From positions 18,352,001-18,416,000 of the forward strand of contig OZ024742.1 of the NCBI GenBank assembly GCA_964016885.1: 64,000 bases of DNA. The letters run 5' to 3'. The translations under genes and the position numbers were made by a program. Source of the DNA: Eledone cirrhosa. Lineage: Eukaryota. A model generated the notes under the pieces. The model was not told the origin of the DNA, searched no databases, and was given only the letters and a program-made list of their open reading frames with translations. Below, piece by piece: positions 41,001-54,600 of this stretch. Position 1 is the stretch's first letter, and every line of letters starts with the position of its first letter.

Positions 41001-44000
41001 TTGTCAATGGAGACGAAGGGTTGCGACTTACTACGTCGCTTGTCAATGGAGACGAAGGGTTGCGACTTACTACGTCTCTTGACAATAGAGACGAAGGGTT
41101 ACGACTTACTACGTCTCTTGACAATAGAGACGAAGGGTTGCGACTTACTACATCTCTTGACAGTAGAGACGAATGGTTGCGACTTACTACGTCTCTTGAC
41201 AATAGAGACGAAGGGTTGCGACTTACTACGTCTCTTGACAGTAGGGACGAAGGGTTACGACTTACTACGTCTCTTGACAGTAGAGACGAAGGGTTACGAC
41301 TTACTACGTCTCTTGACAGTAGAGACGAAGGGTTGCGACTTACTACGTCTCTTGACAATAGGGACGAAGGGTTGCGACTTACTACGTCTCTTGACAGTAG
41401 AGACGAAGGGTTACGACCTACTACGTCTCTTGACAGTAGAGACGAAGGGTTGCGACTTACTACGTCTCTTGACAATAGACACGAAGGGTTGCGATTTACT
41501 ACGTCTCTTGACAGTAGAGACGAAGGGTTGCGACTTACTACGTCTCTTGACAGTAGAGACGAAGGGTTGCGTCTTACTACGTCTCTTGACAATAGAGACG
41601 AAGGGTTGCGATTTACTACGTCTCTTGACAGTAGAGACGAAGGGTTGCGACTTACTACGTCTCTTGACAGTAGAGACGAAGGGTTGCGACTTACTACATC
41701 TCTTGACAATAGAGACGAAGGGTTGCGACCTACTACGTCTCTTGACAGTAGAGACGAAGGGTTGCGACTTACTACATCTCTTGACAATAGAGACGAAGGG
41801 TTGCGACTTACTACGCCTCTTGACAATAGAGACGAAGGGTTACGACTTACTACGTCTCTTGACAATAGAGACGAAGGGTTGCGACTTACTACGTCTCTTG
41901 ACAATAGAGACGAAGGGTTGCGACTTACTACGCCTCTTGACAATAGAGACGAAGGGTTGCGACTTACTACGTCTCTTGACAATAGAGACGAAGGGTTGCG
42001 ACTTACTACGTTTCTTGACAATAGAGACGAAGGTTTGCGACTTACTACGCCTCTTGACAATAGAGACGAAGGGTTGCGACTTACTACGCCTCTTGACAGT
42101 AGAGACGAAGGGTTGCGACTTACTACGTTTCTTGACAATAGAGACGAAGGTTTGCGACTTACTACGCCTCTTGACAATAGAGACGAAGGGTTGCGACTTA
42201 CTACGTCTCTTGACAGTAGAGACGAAGGGTTGCGACTTACTACGTCTCTTGACAGTAGAGACGAAGGGTTACGACTTACTACGTCTCTTGACAATAGAGA
42301 CGAAGGGTTGCGACTTACTACGCCTCTTGAAAATAGAGACGAAGGGTTGCGACTTACTACGTCTCTTGACAGTAGAGACGAAGGGTTGCGACTTACTACG
42401 TCTCTTGACAGTAGAGACGAAGGGTTACGACTTACTACGTCTCTTGACAATAGAGACGAAGGGTTACGAATTACTACGTCTCTTGACAATAGAGACGCTT
42501 GGTTGCGACTTACTACGTCTCTTGACAATAGAGACGAAGGGTTACGACTTACTATGTCTCTTGACAATAGAGACGAAGGGGTGCGACTTACTACGTCTCT
42601 TGACAATAGAGACGAAGGGGTGCGACTTACTACGTCTCTTGACAATAGAGACGAAGGGTTGCGACTTACTACGTCTCTTGACAATAGAGACGAAGGGTTG
42701 CGACTTACTACATCTCTTGACAGTAGAGACGAATGGTTGCGACTTACTACGTCTCTTGACAGTAGAGACGAAGGGTTGCGACTTACTACGTCTCTTGACA
42801 ATAGAGACGAAGGGTTGCGACTTACTACGTCTCTTGACAGTAGAGACGAAGGGTTACGACTTACTACGTCTCTTGACAGTAGAGACGAAGGGTTACGACT
42901 TACTACGTCTCTTGACAGTAGAGACGAAGGGTTGCGACTTACTAGGTCTCTTGACAATAGGGACGAAGGGTTGCGACTTACTACGTCTCTTGACAGTAGA
43001 GACGAAGGGTTACGACCTACTACGTCTCTTGACAGTAGAGACGAAGGGTTGCGACTTACTATGTCTCTTGACAATAGACACGAAGGGTTGCGATTTACTA
43101 CGTCTCTTGACAGTAGAGACGAAGGGTTGCGACTTACTACGTCTCTTGACAATAGAGACGAAGGGTTACGACTTACTACGTCTCTTGACAATAGAGACGA
43201 AGGGTTGCGACTTACTACATCTCTTGACAGTAGAGACGAATGGTTGCGACTTACTACGTCTCTTGACAATAGAGACGAAGGGTTGCGACTTACTACGTCT
43301 CTTGACAGTAGAGACGAAGGGTTACGACTTACTACGTCTCTTGACAGTAGAGACGAAGGGTTACGACTTACTACGTCTCTTGACAGTAGAGACGAAGGGT
43401 TGCGACTTACTAGGTCTCTTGACAATAGGGACGAAGGGTTGCGACTTACTACGTCTCTTGACAGTAGAGACGAAGGGTTACGACCTACTACGTCTCTTGA
43501 CAGTAGAGACGAAGGGTTGCGACTTACTATGTCTCTTGACAATAGACACGAAGGGTTGCGATTTACTACGTCTCTTGACAGTAGAGACGAAGGGTTGCGA
43601 CTTACTACGTCTCTTGACAATAGAGACGAAGGGTTACGACTTACTACGTCTCTTGACAATAGAGACGAAGGGTTGCGACTTACTACATCTCTTGACAGTA
43701 GAGACGAATGGTTGCGACTTACTACGTCTCTTGACAATAGAGACGAAGGGTTGCGACTTACTACGTCTCTTGACAGTAGGGACGAAGGGTTACGACTTAC
43801 TACGTCTCTTGACAGTAGAGACGAAGGGTTACGACTTACTACGTCTCTTGACAGTAGAGACGAAGGGTTGCGACTTACTACGTCTCTTGACAATAGGGAC
43901 GAAGGGTTGCGACTTACTACGTCTCTTGACAGTAGAGACGAAGGGTTACGACCTACTACGTCTCTTGACAGTAGAGACGAAGGGTTGCGACTTACTACGT

Positions 44001-47000
44001 CTCTTGACAATAGACACGAAGGGTTGCGATTTACTACGTCTCTTGACAGTAGAGACGAAGGGTTGCGACTTACTACGTCTCTTGACAGTAGAGACGAAGG
44101 GTTGCGTCTTACTACGTCTCTTGACAATAGAGACGAAGGGTTGCGATTTACTACGTCTCTTGACAGTAGAGACGAAGGGTTGCGACTTACTACGTCTCTT
44201 GACAGTAGAGACGAAGGGTTGCGACTTACTACATCTCTTGACAATAGAGACGAAGGGTTGCGACCTACTACGTCTCTTGACAGTAGAGACGAAGGGTTGC
44301 GACTTACTACATCTCTTGACAATAGAGACGAAGGGTTGCGACTTACTACGCCTCTTGACAATAGAGACGAAGGGTTACGACTTACTACGTCTCTTGACAA
44401 TAGAGACGAAGGGTTGCGACTTACTACGTCTCTTGACAATAGAGACGAAGGGTTGCGACTTACTACGCCTCTTGACAATAGAGACGAAGGGTTGCGACTT
44501 ACTACGTCTCTTGACAATAGAGACGAAGGGTTGCGACTTACTACGTTTCTTGACAATAGAGACGAAGGTTTGCGACTTACTACGCCTCTTGACAATAGAG
44601 ACGAAGGGTTGCGACTTACTACGCCTCTTGACAGTAGAGACGAAGGGTTGCGACTTACTACGTTTCTTGACAATAGAGACGAAGGTTTGCGACTTACTAC
44701 GCCTCTTGACAATAGAGACGAAGGGTTGCGACTTACTACGTCTCTTGACAGTAGAGACGAAGGGTTGCGACTTACTACGTCTCTTGACAGTAGAGACGAA
44801 GGGTTACGACTTACTACGTCTCTTGACAATAGAGACGAAGGGTTGCGACTTACTACGCCTCTTGAAAATAGAGACGAAGGGTTGCGACTTACTACGTCTC
44901 TTGACAGTAGAGACGAAGGGTTGCGACTTACTACGTCTCTTGACAGTAGAGACGAAGGGTTACGACTTACTACGTCTCTTGACAATAGAGACGAAGGGTT
45001 ACGAATTACTACGTCTCTTGACAATAGAGACGCTTGGTTGCGACTTACTACGTCTCTTGACAATAGAGACGAAGGGTTACGACTTACTATGTCTCTTGAC
45101 AATAGAGACGAAGGGGTGCGACTTACTACGTCTCTTGACAATAGAGACGAAGGGGTGCGACTTACTACGTCTCTTGACAATAGAGACGAAGGGTTGCGAC
45201 TTACTACGTCTCTTGACAATAGAGACGAAGGGTTGCGACTTACTACGTCTCTTGTCAATGGAGACGAAGGGTTGCGACTTACTACGTCTCTTGACAGTAG
45301 AGACGAAGGGTTACGACTTACTACGTCTCTTGACAGTAGAGACGAAGGGTTGCGACTTACTACGTCTCTTGACAATAGGGACGAAGGGTTGCGACTTACT
45401 ACGTCTCTTGACAGTAGAGACGAAGAGTTACGACCTACTACGTCTCTTGACAGTAGAGACGAAGGGTTGCGACTTACTACGTCTCTTGACAATAGACACG
45501 AAGGGTTGCGATTTACTACGTCTCTTGACAGTAGAGACGAAGGGTTGCGACTTACTACGTCTCTTGACAGTAGAGACGAAGGGTTGCGTCTTACTACGTC
45601 TCTTGACAATAGAGACGAAGGGTTGCGATTTACTACGTCTCTTGACAGTAGAGACGAAGGGTTGCGACTTACTACGTCTCTTGACAGTAGAGACGAAGGG
45701 TTGCGACTTACTACATCTCTTGACAATAGAGACGAAGGGTTGCGACCTACTACGTCTCTTGACATTAGAGACGAAGGGTTGCGACTTACTACATCTCTTG
45801 ACAATAGAGACGAAGGGTTGCGACTTACTACGTCTCTTGACAATAGAGACGAAGGGTTGCGACTTACTACGTCTCTTGACAATAGAGACGAAGGGTTACG
45901 ACTTACTACGTCTCTTGACAATAGAGACGAAGGGTTGCGACTTACTACGTCTCTTGACAATAGAGACGAAGGGTTGCGACTTACTACATCTCTTGACAAT
46001 AGAGACGAAGGGTTACGACTTACTACGTCTCTTGACAATAGAGACGAAGGGTTGCGACTTACTACGTCTCTTGACAATAGAGACGAAGGGTTGCGACTTA
46101 CTACGCCTCTTGACAATAGAGACGAAGGGTTGCGACTTACTACGTCTCTTGACAATAGAGACGAAGGGTTGCGACTTACTACGTTTCTTGACAATAGAGA
46201 CGAAGGTTTGCGACTTACTACGCCTCTTGACAATAGAGACGAAGGGTTGCGACTTACTACGCCTCTTGACAGTAGAGACGAAGGGTTGCGACTTACTACG
46301 TTTCTTGACAATAGAGACGAAGGTTTGCGACTTACTACGCCTCTTGACAATAGAGACGAAGGGTTGCGACTTACTACGTCTCTTGACAGTAGAGACGAAG
46401 GGTTGCGACTTACTACGTCTCTTGACAGTAGAGACGAAGGGTTACGACTTACTACGTCTCTTGACAATAGAGACGAAGGGTTGCGACTTACTACGCCTCT
46501 TGAAAATAGAGACGAAGGGTTGCGACTTACTACGTCTCTTGACAGTAGAGACGAAAGGTTGCGACTTACTACGTCTCTTGACAGTAGAGACGAAGGGTTA
46601 CGACTTACTACGTCTCTTGACAATAGAGACGAAGGGTTACGAATTACTACGTCTCTTGACAATAGAGACGCTGGGTTGCGACTTACTACGTCTCTTGACA
46701 ATAGAGACGAAGGGTTACGACTTACTATGTCTCTTGACAATAGAGACGAAGGGGTGCGACTTACTACGTCTCTTGACAATAGAGACGAAGGGGTGCGACT
46801 TACTACGTCTCTTGACAATAGAGACGAAGGGTTGCGACTTACTACGTCTCTTGACAATAGAGACGAAGGGTTGCGACTTACTACGTCTCTTGTCAATGGA
46901 GACGAAGGGTTGCGACTTACTACGTCTCTTGACAATAGAGACGAAGGGTTACGACTTACTACGTCTCTTGAGTATAGAGACGAAGGGTTGCGACTTACTA

Positions 47001-48600
47001 CGTCTCTTGACAGTAGAGACGAAGGGTTGCGACTTACTACGTCTCTTGACAATAGAGACGAAGGGTTGCGACTTACTACGTCTCTTGACAGTAGAGACGA
47101 AGGGTTACGACTTACTACGTCTCTTGACAGTAGAGACGAAGGGTTACGACTTACTACGTCTCTTGACAGTAGAGACGAAGGGTTACGACTTACTACGACT
47201 CTTGACAGTAGAGACGAAGGGTTACGACTTACTACGTCTCTTGACAATAGAGACGAAGGGTTGCGACTTACTACGTCTCTTGACAATAGAGACGAAGGGT
47301 TACGACTTACTACGTCTCTTGACAATAGAGATGAAGGGTTGCGACTTACTACGTCTCTTGACAGTAGAGACGAAGGGTTACGACTTACTACGTCTCTTGA
47401 CAATAGAGACGAAGGGTTGCGACTAACTACGTCTCTTGTCAATGGAGACGAAGGGTTGCGACTTACTACGTCGCTTGTCAATGGAGACGAAGGGTTGCGA
47501 CTTACTACGTCTCTTGACAATAGAGACGAAGGGTTGCGACTTACTACATCTCTTGACAGTAGAGACGAATGGTTGCGACTTACTACGTCTCTTGACAGTA
47601 GAGACGAAGGGTTGCGACTTACTACGTCTCTTGACAATAGAGACGAAGGGTTGCGACTTACTACGTCTCTTGACAGTAGAGACGAAGGGTTACGACTTAC
47701 TACGTCTCTTGACAGTAGAGACGAAGGGTTACGACTTACTACGTCTCTTGACAGTAGAGACGAAGGGTTGCGACTTACTACGTCTCTTGACAATAGGGAC
47801 GAAGGGTTGCGACTTACTACGTCTCTTGACAGTAGAGACGAAGGGTTACGACCTACTACGTCTCTTGACAGTAGAGACGAAGGGTTGCGACTTACTACGT
47901 CTCTTGACAATAGACACGAAGGGTTGCGATTTACTACGTCTCTTGACAGTAGAGACGAAGGGTTGCGACTTACTACGTCTCTTGACAGTAGAGACGAAGG
48001 GTTGCGTCTTACTACGTCTCTTGACAATAGAGACGAAGGGTTGCGATTTACTACGTCTCTTGACAGTAGAGACGAAGGGTTGCGACTTACTACCTCTCTT
48101 GACAGTAGAGACGAAGGGTTGCGACTTACTACATCTCTTGACAATAGAGACGAAGGGTTGCGACCTACTACGTCTCTTGACAGTAGAGACGAAGGGTTGC
48201 GACTTACTACATCTCTTGACAATAGAGACGAAGGGTTGCGTCTTACTACGTCTCTTGACAATAGAGACGAAGGGTTGCGACTTACTACGTCTCTTGACAG
48301 TAGAGACGAAGGGTTGCAACTTACTACGTTTCTTGACAATAGAGACGAAGGTTTGCGACTTACTACGCCTCTTGACAATAGAGACGAAGGGTTGCGACTT
48401 ACTACGTCTCTTGACAGTAGAGACGAAGGGTTGCGACTTACTACGTCTCTTGACAGTAGAGACGAAGGGTTACGACTTACTACGTCTCTTGACAATAGAG
48501 ACGAAGGGTTGCGACTTACTACGCCTCTTGAAAATAGAGACGAAGGGTTGCGACTTACTACGTCTCTTGACAGTAGAGACGAAGGGTTGCGACTTACTAC
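38070..48600. repeat. CGCCTC/GGTTTG-rich domain built from nested duplications (100, 65, 42 and 12 units; 207 units overall)
   Basis: Marker GACGCT at 38594, 42494, 45029 and 46667 (offsets 3900, 2535, 1638). ORF starts 39363/47436 are offset 8073 = 207x39. ACTAGG at 42941 and 43409 is offset 468 = 12x39. Confidence 0.88.
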
Positions 48601-51600
48601 GTCTCTTGACAGTAGAGACGAAGGGTTCCGACTTACTACGTCTCTTGACAATAGAGACGAAGGGTTGCGACTTACTACGTCTCTTGACAATAGAGACGAA
48701 GGGTTACGACTTACTACGTCTCTTGACAATAGAGACGAAGGGTTGCGACTTACTACGTCTCTTGACAGTAGAGACGAAGGGTTGCGACTTACTACGTCTC
48801 TTGACAATAGAGACGAAGGGTTGCGACTTACTACGTCTCTTGACAGTAGAGACGAAGGGTTGCGACTTACTACGTCTCTTGACAATAGAGACGAAGGGTT
48901 GCGACTTACTACGTCTCTTTACAATAGAGACGAAGGGTTACGACTTACTACGTCTCTTGACAATAGAGACGAAGGGTTGCGACTTACTACGTCTCTTGAC
49001 AATGGAGACGAAGGGTTACGACTTACTACGTCTCTTGACAGTAGAGACGAAGGGTTGCGATTTACTACGTCTCTTGACAGTAGAGACGAAGGGTTACGAC
49101 TTACTACGTCTCTTGACAATAGAGACGAAGGGTTGCGACTTACTACGTCTCTTGACAATAGAGACGAAGGGCTGCGACTTACTACGTCTCTGGAGAGTAG
49201 AGACGAAGGGTTGCGACTTACTACGTCTCTTGACAGTAGAGACGAAGGGTTACGACTTACTACGTCTCTTGACAGTAGAGACGAAGGGTTGCGACTTACT
49301 AGTCTCTTAACAGTAGAGACGAAGGGTTGCGACTTACTACGTCTCTTGACAATAGAGACGAAGGGTTGCGACTTACTACGTCTCTTGACAATAGAGACGA
49401 AGGGTTGCGATTTACTACGTCTCTTGACAGTAGAGACGAAGGGTTGCGACTTACTACGTCTCTTGACAGTAGAGACGAAGGGTTGCGACTTACTACATCT
49501 CTTGACAATAGAGACGAAGGGTTGCGACTTACTACGTCTCTTGACAATAGAGACGAAGGGTTACGACTTACTACGTCTCTTGACAATAGAGACGAAGGGT
49601 TGCGACTTACTACGTCTCTTGACAGTAGAGACGAAGGGTTGCGACTTACTACGTCTCTTGACAATAGAGACGAAGGGTTGCGACTTACTACGTCTCTTGA
49701 CAGTAGAGACGAAGGGTTACGACTAACTACGTCTCTTGACAGTAGAGACGAAGGGTTACGACTTACTACGTCTCTTGACAGTAGAGACGAAGGGTTACGA
49801 CTTACTACGTCTCTTGACAATAGAGACGAAGGGTTGCGACTTACTACGTCTCTTGACAATAGAGACGAAGGGTTACGACTTACTACGTCTCTTGACAATA
49901 GAGACGAAGGGTTGCGACTTACTACGTCTCTTGACAGTAGAGACGAACGGTTGCGACTTACTACATCTCTTGACAATAGAGACGAAGGGTTGCGACTTAC
50001 TACGTCTCTTGACAATAGAGACGAAGGGTTACGACTTACTACGTCTCTTGACAATAGAGACGAAGGGTTGCGACTTACTACGTCTCTTGAGAGTAGAGAC
50101 GATGGGTTGCGACTTACTACGTCTCTTGACAGTAGAGACGAAGGGTTGCGACTTACTACGTCTCTTGACAGTAGAGACGAAGGGTTGCGACTTACTACAT
50201 CTCTTGACAATAGAGAGGAAGGGTTGCGACTTACTACGTCTCTTGACAATAGAGACGAAGGGATACGACTTACTACGTCTCTTGACAATAGAGACGAAGG
50301 GTTGCGACTTACTACGTCTCTTGAGAGTAGAGACGAAGGGTTGCGACTTACTACGTCTCTTGACAATAGAGACGAAGGGTTGCGACTTACTACGTCTCTT
50401 GACAGTAGAGACGAAGGGTTACGACTTACTACGTCTCTTGACAGTAGAGACGAAGGGTTACGACTTACTAGTCTCTTGACAGTAGAGACGAAGGGTTACG
50501 ACTTACTACGTCTCTTGACAATAGAGACGAAGGGTTGCGACTTACTACGCCTCTTGACGATAGAGACGAAGGGTTGCGACTTACTACGTCTCTTGACAGT
50601 AGAGACGAAGGGTTGCGACTTACTACGTCTCTTGACAATAGAGACGAAGGGTTGCGATTTACTACGTCTCTTGACAGTAGAGACGAAGGGTTGCGACTTA
50701 CTACGTCTCTTGACAGTAGAGACGAAGGGTTGCGACTTACTACATCTCTTGACAATAGAGACGAAGGGTTGCGACTTACTACGTCTCTTGACAATAGAGA
50801 CGAAGGGTTGCGACTTACTACGCCTCTTGACAATAGAGACGAAGGGTTGCGACTTACTACGTCTCTTGACAATAGAGACGAAGGTTTGCGACTTACTACG
50901 CCTCTTGACAATAGAGACGAAGGGTTGCGACTTACTACGTCTCTTGACAGTAGAGACGAAGGGTTGCGACTTACTACGTCTCTTGACAGTAGAGACGAAG
51001 GGTTACGACTTACTACGTCTCTTGACAATAGAGACGAAGGGTTGCGACTTACTACGCCTCTTGACGATAGAGACGAAGGGTTGCGACTTACTACGTCTCT
51101 TGACAGTAGAGACGAAGGGTTGTGACTTACTACGTCTCTTGACAGTAGAGACGAAGGGTTACGACTTACTACGTCTCTTGACAATAGAGACGAAGGGTTG
51201 CGACTTACTACGTCTCTTGACAATAGAGACGAAGGGTTGCGACTTACTACGTCTCTTGACAATAGAGACGAAGGGTTGCGACTTACTACGTCTCTTGACA
51301 ATGGAGACGAAGAGTTGCGACTTACTACGTCTCTTGACAATAATGACGAAGGGTTGCGACTTACTACGTCTCTTGTAATGGAGACGAAGGGTTGCGACTT
51401 ACTACGTCTCTTGACAATGGAGACGAAGGGTTACGACTTACTACGTCTTTTGACAGTAGAGACGAAGGGTTGCGACTTACTACGTCTCCTGACAATAGAG
51501 ACGAAGGGTTACGACTTACTACGTCTCTTGACAATAGAGACGAAGGGTTACGACTTACTACATCTCTTGACAATAGAGACGAAGGTTTACGACTTACTAC

Positions 51601-54600
51601 GTCTCTTGACAATAGAGACGAAGGGTTACGACTTACTACGTCTCTTGACAATAGAGACGAAGGGTTACGACTTACTACGTCTCATGACAGTAGAGACGAA
51701 GGGTTACGACTTACTACGTCTCTTGACAATAGAGACGAAGGTTTACGACTTACTACGTCTCTTGACAATAGAGACGAAGGTTTACGACTTACTACGTCTC
51801 TTGACAATAGAGACGAAGGGTTACGACTTACTACGTCTCTTGACAATAGAGACGAAGGGTTGCGACTTACTATGTCTCTTGACAATAGAGACGAAGGTTT
51901 ACGACTTACTACGTCTCTTGACAATAGAGACGAAGGGTTACGACTTACTACGTCTCTTGACAATAGAGACGAAGGTTTACGACTTACTACGTCTCTTGAC
52001 AATAGAGACGAAGGTTTACGACTTACTACGTCTCTTGACAATAGAGATGAAGGGTTGCGACTTACTACGTCTCTTGACAGTAGAGACGAACGGTTGCGAC
52101 TTACTACGTCTCTTGACAATAGAGACGAAGGTTTACGACTTACTACGTCTCTTGACAATAGAGACGAAGGTTTACGACTTACTACGTCTCTTGACAGTAG
52201 AGCCGAAGGGTTGCGACTTACTACGTCTCTTGACAATAGAGACGAAGGGTTGCGACCTACTACGTCTCTTGACAATAGAGACGAAGGGTTGCGACTTACT
52301 ACGTCTCTTGACAATAGAGACGAAGGGTTGCGACTTACTACGTCTCTTGACAATAGAGACGAAGGGTTGCGACTTACTACGTCTCTTGACAATAGAGACG
52401 AAGGGTTGCGACTTACTACGTCTCTTGACAATAGAGACGAAGGGTTGCGACTTACTACGTCTCTTGACAATAGAGACGAAGGGTTGCGACTTACTACGTC
52501 TCTTGACAATAGAGACGAAGGGTTGCGACTTACTACGTCTCTTGACAATAGAGACGAAGGGTTGCGACTTACTACGTCTCTTGACAATAGAGACGAAGGG
52601 TTGCGACCTACTACGTCTCTTGACAATAGAGACGAAGGGTTGCGACTTACTACGTCTCTTGACAATAGAGACGAAGGGTTGCGACTTACTACGCCTCTTG
52701 ACAGTAGAGACGAAGGGTTGCGACTTACTACGTCTCTTGACAGTAGAGACGAAGGGTTACGACTTACTACGTCTTTTGACAGTAGAGACGAAGGGTTGCG
52801 ACTTACTAAGTCTCTTGACAGTAGAGACGAAGGGTTACGACTTACTACGTCTTTTGACAGTAGAGACGAAGGGTTGCGACTTACTACGTCTCTTGACAGT
52901 AGAGACGAAGGGTTACGACTTACTACGTCTTTTGACAGTAGAGACGAAGGGTTACGACTTACTACGTCTCTTGACAATAGAGACGAAGGGTTACAACTTA
53001 CTACGTCTCTTGACAGTAGAGACGAAGGGTTACGACTTACTACGTCTCTTGACAATAGAGACGAAGGTTTACGACTTACTACGTCTCTTGACAATAGAGA
53101 CGAAGGTTTACGACTTACTACGTCTCTTGACAATAGAGACGAAGGGTTACGACCTACTACGTCTCTTGACAGTAGAGACGAAGAGTTGCGACTTACTATG
53201 TCTCTTGACAATAGAGACGAAGGTTTACGACTTACTACGTCTCTTAACAGTAGAGACGAAGGGTTGCGACTTACTACGTCTCTTGACAATAGAGACGAAG
53301 GGTTACGACTTACTACGTCTCTTGACAATAGAGACGAAGGTTTACGACTTACTACGTCTCTTGACAATAGAGACGAAGGTTTGCGACTTACTACGTCTCT
53401 TGACAGTAGAGACGAACGGTTGCGACTTACTACGTCTCTTGACAATAGAGACGAAGGGTTACGACTTACTACATCTCTTGACAATAGAGACGAAGGGTTG
53501 CGACTTACTACGTCTCTTGACAGTAGAGACGAAGGGTTGCGACTTACTACGTCTCTTGACAATACAGACGAAGGTTTACGACTTACTACGTCTCTTGACA
53601 GTAGAGCCGAAGGGTTGCGACTTACTACGTCTCTTGACAATAGAGACGAAGGTTTACGACTTACTACGTCTCTTGACAATAGAGACGAAGGGTTGCGACT
53701 TACTACGTCTCTTGACAGTAGAGACGAACGGTTGCGACTTACTACGTCTCTTGACAATAGAGACGAAGGGTTACGACTTACTACGTCTCTTGACAATAGA
53801 GACGAAGGTTTACGACTTACTACGTCTCTTGACAGTAGAGCCGAAGGGTTGCGACTTACTACGTCTCTTGACAATAGAGACGAAGGGTTGCGACCTACTA
53901 CGTCTCTTGACAATAGAGACGAAGGGTTGCGACTTACTACGTCTCTTGACAATAGAGACGAAGGGTTGCGACTTACTACGTCTCTTGACAATAGAGACGA
54001 AGGGTTGCGACTTACTACGTCTCTTGACAGTAGAGACGAAGGGTTGCGACTTACTACGTCTCTTGACAGTAGAGACGAAGGGTTGCGACTTACTACGTCT
54101 CTTGACAGTAGAGACGAAGGGTTGCGACTTACTACGTTTCTTGACAGTAGAGACGAAGGGTTGCGACTTACTACGTTTCTTGACAGTAGAGACGAAGGGT
54201 TGCGACTTACTACGTCTCTTGACAGTAGAGACGAAGGGTTGCGACTTACTACGTCTCTTGACAGTAGAGACGAAGGGTTACGACTTACTACGTCTTTTGA
54301 CAGTAGAGACGAAGGGTTGCGACTTACTAAGTCTCTTGACAGTAGAGCCGAAGGGTTGCGACTTACTACGTCTCTTGACAATAGAGACGAACGGTTGCGA
54401 CTTACTACGTCTCTTGACAGTAGAGACGAAGGGTTGCGACTTACTACGTTTCTTGACAGTAGAGACGAAGGGTTGCGACTTACTACGTCTCTTGACAGTA
54501 GAGACGAAGGGTTGCGACTTACTACGTCTCTTGACAGTAGAGACGAAGGGTTGCGACTTACTACGTCTCTTGACAGTAGAGACGAAGGGTTGCGACTTAC

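Noticed and set aside
39363-47426. Leucine-rich repeat, LxxLL or Cys-metal-binding protein from the GCDLLRLLT frame
   Set aside because: The 13-residue period does not fit the LRR consensus, Cys alternates freely with Tyr, and the motif is a by-product of the DNA repeat.
27138-49726. Giant plus-strand ORFs (4071 aa, 3980 aa) and all other LRLTTSLD(S/N)RDEG, (V/I)ETKG(C/Y)DLLRLLT and KRRSKSQPFVS ORFs as real genes
   Set aside because: 39 is a multiple of 3 and three to four frames lack stops in the consensus, so long overlapping ORFs on both strands are automatic. ORFs switch peptide at 1-nt indels, mostly start at TTG, and have no unique domain.
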